In this document: positions 28,051 to 36,673 of the stretch, one piece after another | How positions within the stretch are numbered: position 1 is the first letter of the stretch | Layout: the number at the start of each line of letters is the position of its first letter | Source of the DNA: a virus | Lineage: Duplodnaviria > Caudoviricetes | Virus record (IMG/VR): IMGVR_UViG_3300037760_000045 | Location: 1 to 57,676 of that record | Reading direction: 5' to 3' (one strand) | Length of the DNA stretch: 57,676 nt | The notes under the pieces: model-generated | Databases searched by the model: none | Told to the model about the DNA's origin: nothing | The model's input: the letters and a program-made list of their open reading frames with translations, nothing else | Made by a program: the position numbers and the translations under genes

Positions 28051-28382
28051 GAATAGAACAACACCCTGATGGCAGAGGTATCACATTGCTTTTAGATGGC
28101 GATGAGACCTATGAACTCAAGTCCATTGTGCTACGCCATCTACCTAATTGGCTGAAACTTTTTGAGCAGAAGAATTCAAAATACGCAGGGCTGGAAGGGA
28201 ATGAGCTAGGCGCCAAGGGCAAGTTTGTCGATGTGTTCCGTAAAGTGCGGCTGCTAAAGAGCCGTCTCTGGGACGGGCACCCTGTCTCAGGGGAGGATAA
28301 TGAAGAGGTGATCAGCGATCTAATTGGGCATCTATTCCTCATGCTACATGATACGCGAGAAGAAGAGGCCAACAAGACATGA
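28047..28382 (+). CDS. Nucleotide-modification-associated domain 1 (Nmad1/DUF1599-like) helical protein
   Basis: KNSKYAG...LGAKGKFVDVFRKVRLLK...EEVISDLIGHLFL. Confidence 0.6.
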   Translation: MRIEQHPDGRGITLLLDGDETYELKSIVLRHLPNWLKLFEQKNSKYAGLEGNELGAKGKFVDVFRKVRLLKSRLWDGHPVSGEDNEEVISDLIGHLFLMLHDTREEEANKT

Positions 28383-31300
28383 AATATGTCTCACTGCATA
28401 GCCACAGCACCTACTCATATGCAGACGGCTACGCATTGCCAGAGGATCATGTTAAGCGAGTCGCAGATCTCGACATGAGTGCGCTCGCTCTTACTGAACA
28501 TGGCAATGTGAGTAGCCATGTCAAGCTAGAGCAGGCTGCGAAGGAGCATGGCATTAAATCAATCTTTGGCTTAGAGGCTTATACCGCTCCGGCTAATATG
28601 CGGGAGACACAGAACCAGCGTAAGTGGCATCTTACCATTCTCGCCGCAGACGATCTCGGCTACCGCAATCTGATGCAGCTCGTGACTAAGAGCTGGGATG
28701 CTAACTTTTACCGCTGGCCTACTGTGCTTGGAGCTGATCTGCGAGAGCACCATGAGGGGCTGATCGTTCTCTCAGGATGTGCCGACTCTAAGCTGGCCTG
28801 CGATCTCTTAGGAGGGAAGGGACGCGAGAAGGGCGATGAGCGAGACGCCGTTAATACCATGCTGGGATTTAAGCGGCTGCTTGGAGATCGGTTCTATCTA
28901 GAGGTACAGCAGTTTCCAGAGCTAGATCGGACGCGGCTCATCAATGAGAAATATGAGGAGTGGTCATCGACTTACGGGATACCGTTAGTTGCCTCTTCAG
29001 ACGTCCACTATCCGCATCCTGAGAACAACGAGATGCAGAAGATCTTGCATGCCGCTGGACGTAACACAGGGACGGTTGCGGCTGCGGAAGCAGAGTGGGA
29101 GTATGACATACGACTGACATACCCTACTTCGGATAACCAGATCAAGAAACGGCTACGCGATACCGGCTTAAGCAAGTTCGCCGCAGAGGCCGCAATAGCT
29201 CACTCTGCGGAGATTGCGGAGCGCTGTAATGTTGAGCTGCCGAAGATGGACCGGGTGAAGTACCCGATCCAGGACGACATCGCATATACGCCAGGAATGA
29301 CAACTGAAAAGCTGTTCCGGATGTGGATGAATGATGGGTGGAAGTATCGTGGATTCGACAAGCTGCCATTATCGGTCCAGAAGCAATACAAGGAGCGGGC
29401 TGAGTATGAGTATGGCCTGATGGCTGATAAGGATTTCCTGGACTATTTCATGATGATGAGCGACGCTGTTAGAGCCTGCAAGGACAATGGTATTCCTGTT
29501 GGCCCGGCTCGTGGTTCCGCAGCGGCTAGTCTCGTCTGCTACCTGCTACGGATTACAGAGGTAGATCCGATGAAGTACCCGCTGATGCTCTTTGAAAGAT
29601 TTATTGCACCTGACCGTCATGACCTCCCAGATGTCGATCTCGACTTTGATGATGATCTACGGGACGGCGTACGGCTACACATGGCTAAGAAGTATGGTGA
29701 AGATCGGGTAGGAAACATCGGCACCTTCACCCGGTATCGCGGTAAGAACAGCATTGACGATGTGGCCCGTGTGTATCGGATACCAAAATGGGAAGTGGAC
29801 GCTGTAAAGGGATTCATCCCAGAGCGGACGTCTGCGGATGAAAGGTTCGATGCATCGATCTCCGACATGATCGAAATGTATCCGAAGATCAAAGAGGCAT
29901 TTGAGCGCTGGCCGGATCTCTACAGATCGATCGAGCTAGAAGGGAACCTCAAGAACCACGGCGTACATGCCGCAGGCGTTGTCGTCGGCGCAGAGCCGCT
30001 ATGGAACTACGTAGCCACCTACTCCCGTAAGATGCAGGATGGAAGGAAACTTCAGGTCCTCTCGGTAGACAAGTACGACGGAGAGCACCTAGGACTCCTT
30101 AAACTTGACGCTCTGGGCCTAAAGACGATGGGCATGATACGGATAGCCCTAGAGATAATTGGCATGTCTCTCGATGAGCTATACGCCCTCCCCACAGATG
30201 ACCCTGATGTACTAGATGCGTTCAACCGCGCAGACGTTACTGGGATCTTCCAGTTTGAAGGGCGTACGATGCGGCTCGTAACGCAGGAGCTGCGGCCCAA
30301 TACCTTCATGGACCTCTCGGCCATCAACGCGCTGGCGCGACCCGGACCGTACAACTCAGGCACAACGGGAGACTACATCTTAGTACGTCACGGACGCCAG
30401 GAGCGAGAAGACTTACATTCAATTGTCGGGCGCATCTGCGAAGAGACAGAGGGGCAGATCATTTACCAGGAACAGATTATCAGGATCTGCTCAGACGTCG
30501 GGAACTTCCCGTGGACACACGCGACCAAAATCCGCAAGATCATCTCGCAGAAGTACGGCGAGGCTGCGTTTGAGAAGATGTGGGGAGACTTCCGCGATGG
30601 AGCGGCGACTCATGATATTGATGAGCAGCTGGCTAGAAAGATCTGGAACCGGATGATCACTGCTGGGCTTTATGCATTCAATGTCGCTCACTCGATCAGC
30701 TACTCGCTAATTGGCTACTGGTCTATGTGGTTGAAGGTTCACCACCCCCTAGCCTTTTACGCAGCTCAGCTCCAGAAGACAGACGACGATGACAAGAAGC
30801 TAGACCTCATGCGGGACATGATGGATAAGCGCTTTGACCGCAGCTATGAGGTGCTGCCTCCTAACCCTAAGACTTCAGGGCGTACGTGGCAGCCACTTGA
30901 TAACGGTGTGCTGGCGGGATTCAAAGAGATACCAGGTATCGGCGACAAGACTTCTCAGGCCATCGTTGACTTCAAGGAGAAGGTAGAAGTTGAGCGATGG
31001 GATGGTCTTATTGGGGTGCCAGGAATTGGTAAGAAGACAATTGAGAAGATGCGGGAGTTCTCGCTGAAGGATGACCCATTCGACATCCATAAGATTGAGA
31101 GGGAAACGAAAGCGATCCGCGAGTGGCTGCGAAGAGAAGGGCTGCCTATGCCTAATACGCTTGCGACTGACATTCCATTTGAGGCGCAGAGGTCGTCACA
31201 CATCGTGTTAGGGCTGCTGAAAGATAAGCAGCCGCAGGATATGTACGAGAACGTCCGCGCTCGCACAGGCGAGGAGCTTGACCCTAAGACGGTGAAAGAT

Positions 31301-31513
31301 CCTGAACTGTCGGCGTATATGACTATGTTCTTAGAGGATACACATGGGCGGATTACCCTGAAGGTGAATCGCTGGACATACCCGAAGTATCGAGACGACA
31401 TCGACAACGCAATAATCAACCAGGATTATGTGCTCGCAAAGGCAGTTAAGAAGCCATATCACGGTAGATCAATACACGCCACAAGGCTCTACATCATAAA
31501 CCCTGATGATTAG
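28379..31513 (+). CDS. dnaE: DNA polymerase III alpha subunit (DnaE-like) with PHP domain
   Basis: LHSHSTYS, LTEHGN, GLEAY, SDVHY; GPARGSAAASLV; PDVDLD; KLDALGL; GIFQFE; YQEQ; FNVAHS. Confidence 0.97.
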   Translation: MKYVSLHSHSTYSYADGYALPEDHVKRVADLDMSALALTEHGNVSSHVKLEQAAKEHGIKSIFGLEAYTAPANMRETQNQRKWHLTILAADDLGYRNLMQLVTKSWDANFYRWPTVLGADLREHHEGLIVLSGCADSKLACDLLGGKGREKGDERDAVNTMLGFKRLLGDRFYLEVQQFPELDRTRLINEKYEEWSSTYGIPLVASSDVHYPHPENNEMQKILHAAGRNTGTVAAAEAEWEYDIRLTYPTSDNQIKKRLRDTGLSKFAAEAAIAHSAEIAERCNVELPKMDRVKYPIQDDIAYTPGMTTEKLFRMWMNDGWKYRGFDKLPLSVQKQYKERAEYEYGLMADKDFLDYFMMMSDAVRACKDNGIPVGPARGSAAASLVCYLLRITEVDPMKYPLMLFERFIAPDRHDLPDVDLDFDDDLRDGVRLHMAKKYGEDRVGNIGTFTRYRGKNSIDDVARVYRIPKWEVDAVKGFIPERTSADERFDASISDMIEMYPKIKEAFERWPDLYRSIELEGNLKNHGVHAAGVVVGAEPLWNYVATYSRKMQDGRKLQVLSVDKYDGEHLGLLKLDALGLKTMGMIRIALEIIGMSLDELYALPTDDPDVLDAFNRADVTGIFQFEGRTMRLVTQELRPNTFMDLSAINALARPGPYNSGTTGDYILVRHGRQEREDLHSIVGRICEETEGQIIYQEQIIRICSDVGNFPWTHATKIRKIISQKYGEAAFEKMWGDFRDGAATHDIDEQLARKIWNRMITAGLYAFNVAHSISYSLIGYWSMWLKVHHPLAFYAAQLQKTDDDDKKLDLMRDMMDKRFDRSYEVLPPNPKTSGRTWQPLDNGVLAGFKEIPGIGDKTSQAIVDFKEKVEVERWDGLIGVPGIGKKTIEKMREFSLKDDPFDIHKIERETKAIREWLRREGLPMPNTLATDIPFEAQRSSHIVLGLLKDKQPQDMYENVRARTGEELDPKTVKDPELSAYMTMFLEDTHGRITLKVNRWTYPKYRDDIDNAIINQDYVLAKAVKKPYHGRSIHATRLYIINPDD

Positions 31514-31522
31514 GAGGAGACG

Positions 31523-31840
31523 ATGGGAACGAAAATCAATGGTCTAGATGAGATTACACTGGGCCAGATTAGCTCTGAGTCCGTTCGCGCTATAGCGAAG
31601 CATGGCTGGAATAAGACGCCATTCAACCCTGATCTAGACCGGTACAGGAAGCTGGCCATTTTGACGGAGGAGATAGGCGAGGTTGCAAAAGAGCTATGCG
31701 AGCTGGAGCTGAATCCAGGCAGCTGGACTCCTGACAATCTGGTCTCTGAGCTTATCCAAGTTGCATCAGTCGCTGCGAGCTGGTTGGAGTGTGAGGATGT
31801 CCAGCGTTTTAGACCACAAAATGTTCCAGATGGCACGTGA
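31523..31840 (+). CDS. MazG-like NTP pyrophosphohydrolase
   Basis: LTEEIGEVAKE...ELIQVASVAASWLE. Confidence 0.8.
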   Translation: MGTKINGLDEITLGQISSESVRAIAKHGWNKTPFNPDLDRYRKLAILTEEIGEVAKELCELELNPGSWTPDNLVSELIQVASVAASWLECEDVQRFRPQNVPDGT

Positions 31841-32186
31841 GACCTCGTGGATGAGTACATGTATCCGTAGGCAGGTTGGAGCGGTACTCCGCAGTCCTAG
31901 TGGGCTGTATTCTACGGGATGGAACGAGGAGCGTAATAGTAGGCTGTGTGCGACGGATTGCCCACGAGCGAAGAGTGAGGAACCTCCAGGAGCTCCATTC
32001 GCCGGTAATGGGAAATGTATCGCTACTCACGCAGAGATGAAGGCGATCGCGCACATGCAACAGCTCTACGGATACGAGACTTTCGCGGGATTTGTAATAT
32101 GGGTTACGCACAAACCATGCAGCGACTGCGCAAACAGGCTAGACCAAATGCAGATATCAGTGAAATGGGAAAAGGAGTATCCATGA
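31797..32186 (+). CDS. dCMP deaminase family protein
   Basis: STCIRRQVGAVL, TGWN, HAE, PCSDC. Confidence 0.9.
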   Translation: MSSVLDHKMFQMARETSWMSTCIRRQVGAVLRSPSGLYSTGWNEERNSRLCATDCPRAKSEEPPGAPFAGNGKCIATHAEMKAIAHMQQLYGYETFAGFVIWVTHKPCSDCANRLDQMQISVKWEKEYP

Positions 32187-32575
32187 GGATCTATATCAGC
32201 GGCCCTATTACGGACGTACCAAATCACAGAGACAATTTCTGGTTGGCAGGGGAATGGCTCAAGGAGGAGGGGCACAATGTCGTCAATCCTGTGGATCACG
32301 AGCCAGGCTGTCTGGGAGAGTGTACGAGAGATCGGGAAGGATACGACGGGAAGCCTCACACGTGGGAGTGCTACCTGAAATACGACCTGATCATGATGCT
32401 CCAGTGTGAAGCGGTCTACGTTCTATCCGGTTGGGAGAAGAGCAGGGGTGCGCAGCTAGAGGTTCAGGTGGCGAGTGCCTGCGGGCTTGAGATCATCTAT
32501 GAGGTCCCAGAGAAGGATCCGCCGCGAATCCCAGGGTATGAGCCAGTGAGATCAATCTTTGAGGAGGGCAAGTGA
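32183..32575 (+). CDS. DUF4406 / nucleoside 2-deoxyribosyltransferase-like protein
   Basis: RIYISGPIT, VVNP, DLIMMLQCEAVYVLSGWEKSRGAQLE. Confidence 0.85.
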   Translation: MRIYISGPITDVPNHRDNFWLAGEWLKEEGHNVVNPVDHEPGCLGECTRDREGYDGKPHTWECYLKYDLIMMLQCEAVYVLSGWEKSRGAQLEVQVASACGLEIIYEVPEKDPPRIPGYEPVRSIFEEGK

Positions 32576-33024
32576 GTAAATGTTTACATGGGTGTAATTG
32601 CGGTCGACATTCAGGACTTAAACTTTCTGATAAGCCAAACTGGAAAGGAGATCAGGCCGGATATGCCGCGCGACATGACAGAGTAAAGACTGTTCGCGGT
32701 AAAGCTTCTAATCATCCTTGTGTCACTTGTGGGAAGCCAGCAAGAGACTGGGCTGAAATTCACGGGACTGGTGGTTTTAAATTCGATGATTATCAGCCAA
32801 TGTGTAGAGTATGCCATCGTGAATACGACAGCATAATGTGGGATGGCAATCAAGGTCTGAACAAGCTGACAAGAGATGACGTTATTGATATACGTAAATC
32901 TTTACAGCTAGGGCTAATGAATGGCAATGAACTTGCTCGTAAATACAACGTGACAAATGCAACAATTAGCTCTATAAGACTTGGGAAAAGCTGGTCTTGG
33001 CTTAAGGAGAACGACAATGAATAA
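32572..33024 (+). CDS. HNH-type endonuclease with C-terminal HTH
   Basis: CVTC...YQPMCRVCHREYD; KLTRDDVIDIR...ELARKYNVTNATISSIRLGKSW; more AT-rich. Confidence 0.75.
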   Translation: MSKCLHGCNCGRHSGLKLSDKPNWKGDQAGYAARHDRVKTVRGKASNHPCVTCGKPARDWAEIHGTGGFKFDDYQPMCRVCHREYDSIMWDGNQGLNKLTRDDVIDIRKSLQLGLMNGNELARKYNVTNATISSIRLGKSWSWLKENDNE

Positions 33025-34108
33025 TGAAGTGCAGAAGTGGGCCGATGAGGCGATGTATGCATCTGAACCATTAGATGCTTCTACTGGACCCAGGGTATAT
33101 CTTCTCGAAATGAGTCATGATCCATTAGGACAAATTGCTGCTGCGTGCCTCATGTACAAAGGCAAGGTGGTGCGCTCGCTCGCAGATGTTACCGACGATG
33201 AGCGACGGTACTTCTTCAAGGAGGTCCAGAACACTAAGCTCAAAGCGCCATTCGAGTTTGTGAAATTTCACTTCCTCATTGAGGGAGTTACGAGGAGCCT
33301 CACGCATCAGATGGTGCGGCAGCGGACGGCTGTTTATGCACAGGAGAGTCTGCGTTTCGCAGTCAAGGAGAACATGGCCGAGAGTGTTGCCCTCCCCCCG
33401 TCTCTCGCAGGGGCGCGATCTATGCGAGAGATCTACGATGACGCAGAGTCGAATGGCTGGAACTGGGATCTCTTACCAGAGGTCGATCGGAAGAGGTATC
33501 AGTGGGGCGTGGTCATGCAGCAGACAGAGCAGGCATATCAAAAGCTGGTAGATACGGGTATGCCTGCAGAGGACGCTCGTGGACTCCTCCCGCACAACAT
33601 CACCACCCGGCTCCACTATTCGACGGACCTGAGAGCGCTTCAGGATCACGCGGGTAACCGGCTATGCACTCAGGCGCAAATGGAATGGCGAATCTTGTGG
33701 ACGCGAATCATTGAAGCGATCCGTAACTATGATCCACGGGCTGCTAATGCGGAACGGCTGGGCGGGGAAGACACGTCAAATTGGACTCCTGATATGCTGC
33801 CCGACCGCTGGCAGTTTGAGATGTTGTCTGATATCTTCCGTCCGGTCTGCTACCTAACGGGCAAGTGTGAGTTCAGGGCCAACTTTGATCGTTACTGCAA
33901 GATCCGTGAACGGGTGAACGCCAACGAACAGGTTGGGCGTTCTAGTTCGGAATGGGGTGAAGAGTACGACAGTGTTGAGGGCAATCCGATCGTTTCAGGG
34001 GTTGGGCCACAGTCTGTCGTTTATGGCGAAGGGATTCGACCTGTCTTCATAGGCGCTATTCAGCCTGCAGAATGGCTGCTAGATCCAGGGGCAGCGAGGA
34101 GACCATAA
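33017..34108 (+). CDS. thyX: ThyX-like flavin-dependent thymidylate synthase (variant motif)
   Basis: PFEFV, GVTRSLTHQMVRQR-x7-SLR, EDARGLLP, RLCTQAQMEW. Confidence 0.85.
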   Translation: MNNEVQKWADEAMYASEPLDASTGPRVYLLEMSHDPLGQIAAACLMYKGKVVRSLADVTDDERRYFFKEVQNTKLKAPFEFVKFHFLIEGVTRSLTHQMVRQRTAVYAQESLRFAVKENMAESVALPPSLAGARSMREIYDDAESNGWNWDLLPEVDRKRYQWGVVMQQTEQAYQKLVDTGMPAEDARGLLPHNITTRLHYSTDLRALQDHAGNRLCTQAQMEWRILWTRIIEAIRNYDPRAANAERLGGEDTSNWTPDMLPDRWQFEMLSDIFRPVCYLTGKCEFRANFDRYCKIRERVNANEQVGRSSSEWGEEYDSVEGNPIVSGVGPQSVVYGEGIRPVFIGAIQPAEWLLDPGAARRP

Positions 34109-34110
34109 GC

Positions 34111-34197
34111 ATGAATGTAATCGCTATTGCAGGTGGATGCATTATCTGGGGTGTGCTCATGGGACTCTTATGGGGGTGGCTCTTATGGGCCGTCTGA
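34111..34197 (+). CDS. 28-aa hydrophobic peptide
   Basis: GAGGAG upstream; MNVIAIAGGCIIWGVLMGLLWGWLLWAV*. Confidence 0.5.
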   Translation: MNVIAIAGGCIIWGVLMGLLWGWLLWAV

Positions 34198-34496
34198 GGT
34201 CGGCATTCAATATCTTGAGCGGCTTGACGTTCGATACGGCTACGGGTGGGCGCTACAAAGTCGCCTGCCCGCCTAGCTCGTGGGTGTGCTCGATCTGTGG
34301 CGGAGGTTTCAGCCAGAGCCCTAACAAGCAGATCGTCTCGCACGTGTGTAGGGGCGAGGGCGTTCCGCAAGGTCGTACGGTCCGCTATGTGGGTGTACGC
34401 GAGCACGGGAGGCGTGTGTGGGGGTCTATGTGGGGCAACCGTCCGAAGGTCGTTAGAGGGCCGTCTAGAGCTTCCCGCTTCCCTAATTCTAATTAG
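34185..34496 (+). CDS. Hypothetical protein with CxxC...HxC motif
   Basis: ORF fills the gap; start uncertain. Confidence 0.45.
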   Translation: MGRLRSAFNILSGLTFDTATGGRYKVACPPSSWVCSICGGGFSQSPNKQIVSHVCRGEGVPQGRTVRYVGVREHGRRVWGSMWGNRPKVVRGPSRASRFPNSN

Positions 34497-34537
34497 AGGA
34501 GTATCGTACGGCGAGAAAGGTGAAGAGGAGGTGCTTC

Positions 34538-34708
34538 ATGGGACGGCCACAGATCGGTCCAAGAGTAGAGCTGCACCTGCAGCCAGACGTGTTGGAGTGG
34601 GTCGATGCGTTTGCAGAGGCCACCAATATGACGCGATCTGAAGTGATCAGGCGTGCCATTTTACAAATGCAGAAACGAATGGTGGTGGTGACAGATGTCA
34701 GGTCATAG
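34538..34708 (+). CDS. Ribbon-helix-helix (CopG-like) DNA-binding protein
   Basis: GRP...VELHLQPDVLEWVDAFA...MTRSEVIRRAI; GAGGAGG RBS. Confidence 0.8.
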   Translation: MGRPQIGPRVELHLQPDVLEWVDAFAEATNMTRSEVIRRAILQMQKRMVVVTDVRS

Positions 34709-35055
34709 CAGGCACAAGGCAAGAGTCAAGAACATCGAGAGGATGGGTATCAACATCGCCAAGGAGATTCTAACTGCTGGCGGTAGGCCTGAGAGCGCAG
34801 TTGATGTCCTATTTATTCAGCAGGCCAAGGTCAAAGAGGAGGAGGAAAAGCATGCCAAGAGGCAAGGCTCGCGAGCCAAAAGCAACGTGCCGAGGTAAGT
34901 GGGCGCATAAGCACTTGGCAGATGGGCTTATTGAGGTCCGCAAACGAGGCAAGTGGGTAGTCACCGTAACCGACGACGGCTCGATCTGCGATCGAGATGT
35001 TGAGCCTGCCCCCGTCTACGTCCCGCAACATTGGTTCGCAGGCGAATCGCTGTAA
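34695..35055 (+). CDS. Two overlapping small basic hypothetical proteins (34695-34898; 34852-35055)
   Basis: Overlapping ORFs; strong RBS before ATG 34852. Confidence 0.55.
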
Positions 35056-35133
35056 CTAGGTTGGCGCTCTTGCTTCCGCAGAGGAGCGCTTTCCGGGCCA
35101 CAGCGGTCCAGAATATAGGGACAAGGAGATCCC

Positions 35134-36183
35134 ATGTTGAGAAAGATTTTTATCGCTCTGCTGGCGAGCTTCGGGCTCATGCTGGCAGGGGTATCGGCTG
35201 CGAGCAGCACTGAGGGTGGGGAATCTGTCGTTGTGACGTCTCAGATCGCGAACACCCCGGACAACGACTGCCCGGCTTGGGCACGGGATACGTTCACCCG
35301 GATCGCTACGATCACTGAGCTGCCTGAGGATTCCGACGCCGATTACAGCATCAGGTTCGATTCGATAGGTGAGTTTGTCGCTGCCTCCGGTATCACGGGA
35401 TCCCTGACCGAAGTGATCGAGTATTCGGTGACCGGTGAGCTTTCAGAAGACGCGGGCTCACTAGACGGCGAGATCGTAGATCTCAGCCATCTGGAGTGCA
35501 AGAGCGACGCTGAAGGTACCGAGAAGACTTCCCAGTTCGCTCTTCGATATTTTGAACAGGGTGCGACGGCTGGCCCGATCACATTCTGGGAATATGTCTA
35601 TGACACGAGCTGTGAGCGGTTCATAGAGAATAAGGATTCTGGTGCGGTGGGGGTTGATACCTTCACGGGCATCTGCGTTACGCCAGAGGAGCCGACCGTA
35701 ACGCAGGCTGTATGCGAGGAGTCAGCGACGCTTACTGTGCCCGAGGTTGAGGGCGTAGTTTACAGCCACGAGTCTAGCGACAACGTGATTCCGCTTCCGC
35801 AGTCGCTCACGGTGACCGCAGAGGCCGCTGAAGGCTACGTCCTGGCTGAAGGTGAATGGGCATGGGACTTTGAATTCAACGCCGCAGAGGGCTGCCCCGG
35901 TGAGCCGGGAGAACCGGGTACACCTACTCCTGGAGAACCGGGCGAGACAGGGCCACCTGGGCCACCTGGGCCACCAGGAGAGCCGGGCGATAAGGGTGAC
36001 AAGGGTGATCCAGGAGATGACTTTACGCCTGCACCCACGCCTAGCGACCCAGAGTTGCCTAACACAGGTAGTGGGAAGGAGCTGCCTGATACAGGCGCTT
36101 CCACCGCAGGGCTGCTACTAGGGGGAGGGCTGCTGGTTGCTGGCGGTCTAGGTCTGTTGGCCCGTAGGTTTCTGCTGAGTTAA
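35134..36183 (+). CDS. Secreted LPXTG cell-wall-anchored protein with collagen-like repeat
   Basis: Signal peptide; Gly-X-Y run (GEPGETGPPGPPGPPGEPGDKGDKGDPGDD); LPNTG and LPDTG; hydrophobic TM; RR tail. Confidence 0.88.
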   Translation: MLRKIFIALLASFGLMLAGVSAASSTEGGESVVVTSQIANTPDNDCPAWARDTFTRIATITELPEDSDADYSIRFDSIGEFVAASGITGSLTEVIEYSVTGELSEDAGSLDGEIVDLSHLECKSDAEGTEKTSQFALRYFEQGATAGPITFWEYVYDTSCERFIENKDSGAVGVDTFTGICVTPEEPTVTQAVCEESATLTVPEVEGVVYSHESSDNVIPLPQSLTVTAEAAEGYVLAEGEWAWDFEFNAAEGCPGEPGEPGTPTPGEPGETGPPGPPGPPGEPGDKGDKGDPGDDFTPAPTPSDPELPNTGSGKELPDTGASTAGLLLGGGLLVAGGLGLLARRFLLS

Positions 36184-36191
36184 CAAAGGCT

Positions 36192-36229
36192 GGAGGGGAG
36201 GAGGGCGTACTCCTTCCTCCTCTCCTTTT
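36192..36229 (+). terminator. Intrinsic terminator
   Basis: 14-bp purine/pyrimidine stem followed by TTTT. Confidence 0.7.
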
Positions 36230-36244
36230 ACTAGAGGAGGCAAC

Positions 36245-36673
36245 ATGATAGAGATTACTAAGACCCGTCGCTGGCCGTGGATTGTTGTCACAGTCACGGT
36301 GGTAGCGCTCATCGGCTACGGCATCGGCAGCACTGGGACAGACGAGACGTCTGCTGACCCGGTTCCCACGGTGACCGTCACGGCAGAGCCGGAGACCGTG
36401 GAGGTGGCGCCGCAAGCGTGCCTAGATGCGCTCGACACCGCACAGATCATATTCGGAGAATTTAGAGAGTTATCCGAACTGATGGCTAACAGTGCCAATG
36501 CATCAATTGCAGCGGTACGGGCGGCGGCAGCGCAGGACGCCGATGGCATGAACATGGCCGCTGACGATATAAATGCGATTACTGACGATATAAATGCGGT
36601 TACCGATAATGTAGGGGCAGTAACCGATGATTGGCATGCTCAGTCCAGCGGCTGCAGAGCGGCGGCAACATGA
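36245..36673 (+). CDS. Membrane-anchored protein with Thr-rich linker and coiled coil
   Basis: RRWPW-TM, PTVTVTAEP, heptad repeats DDINAIT/DDINAVT, a Cys pair. Confidence 0.75.
   Translation: MIEITKTRRWPWIVVTVTVVALIGYGIGSTGTDETSADPVPTVTVTAEPETVEVAPQACLDALDTAQIIFGEFRELSELMANSANASIAAVRAAAAQDADGMNMAADDINAITDDINAVTDNVGAVTDDWHAQSSGCRAAAT

Noticed and set aside
28379-31513. Intein or intron in dnaE (terminase and helicase also checked)
   Set aside because: Lengths are ordinary, motifs are collinear and no splice-junction motifs were seen
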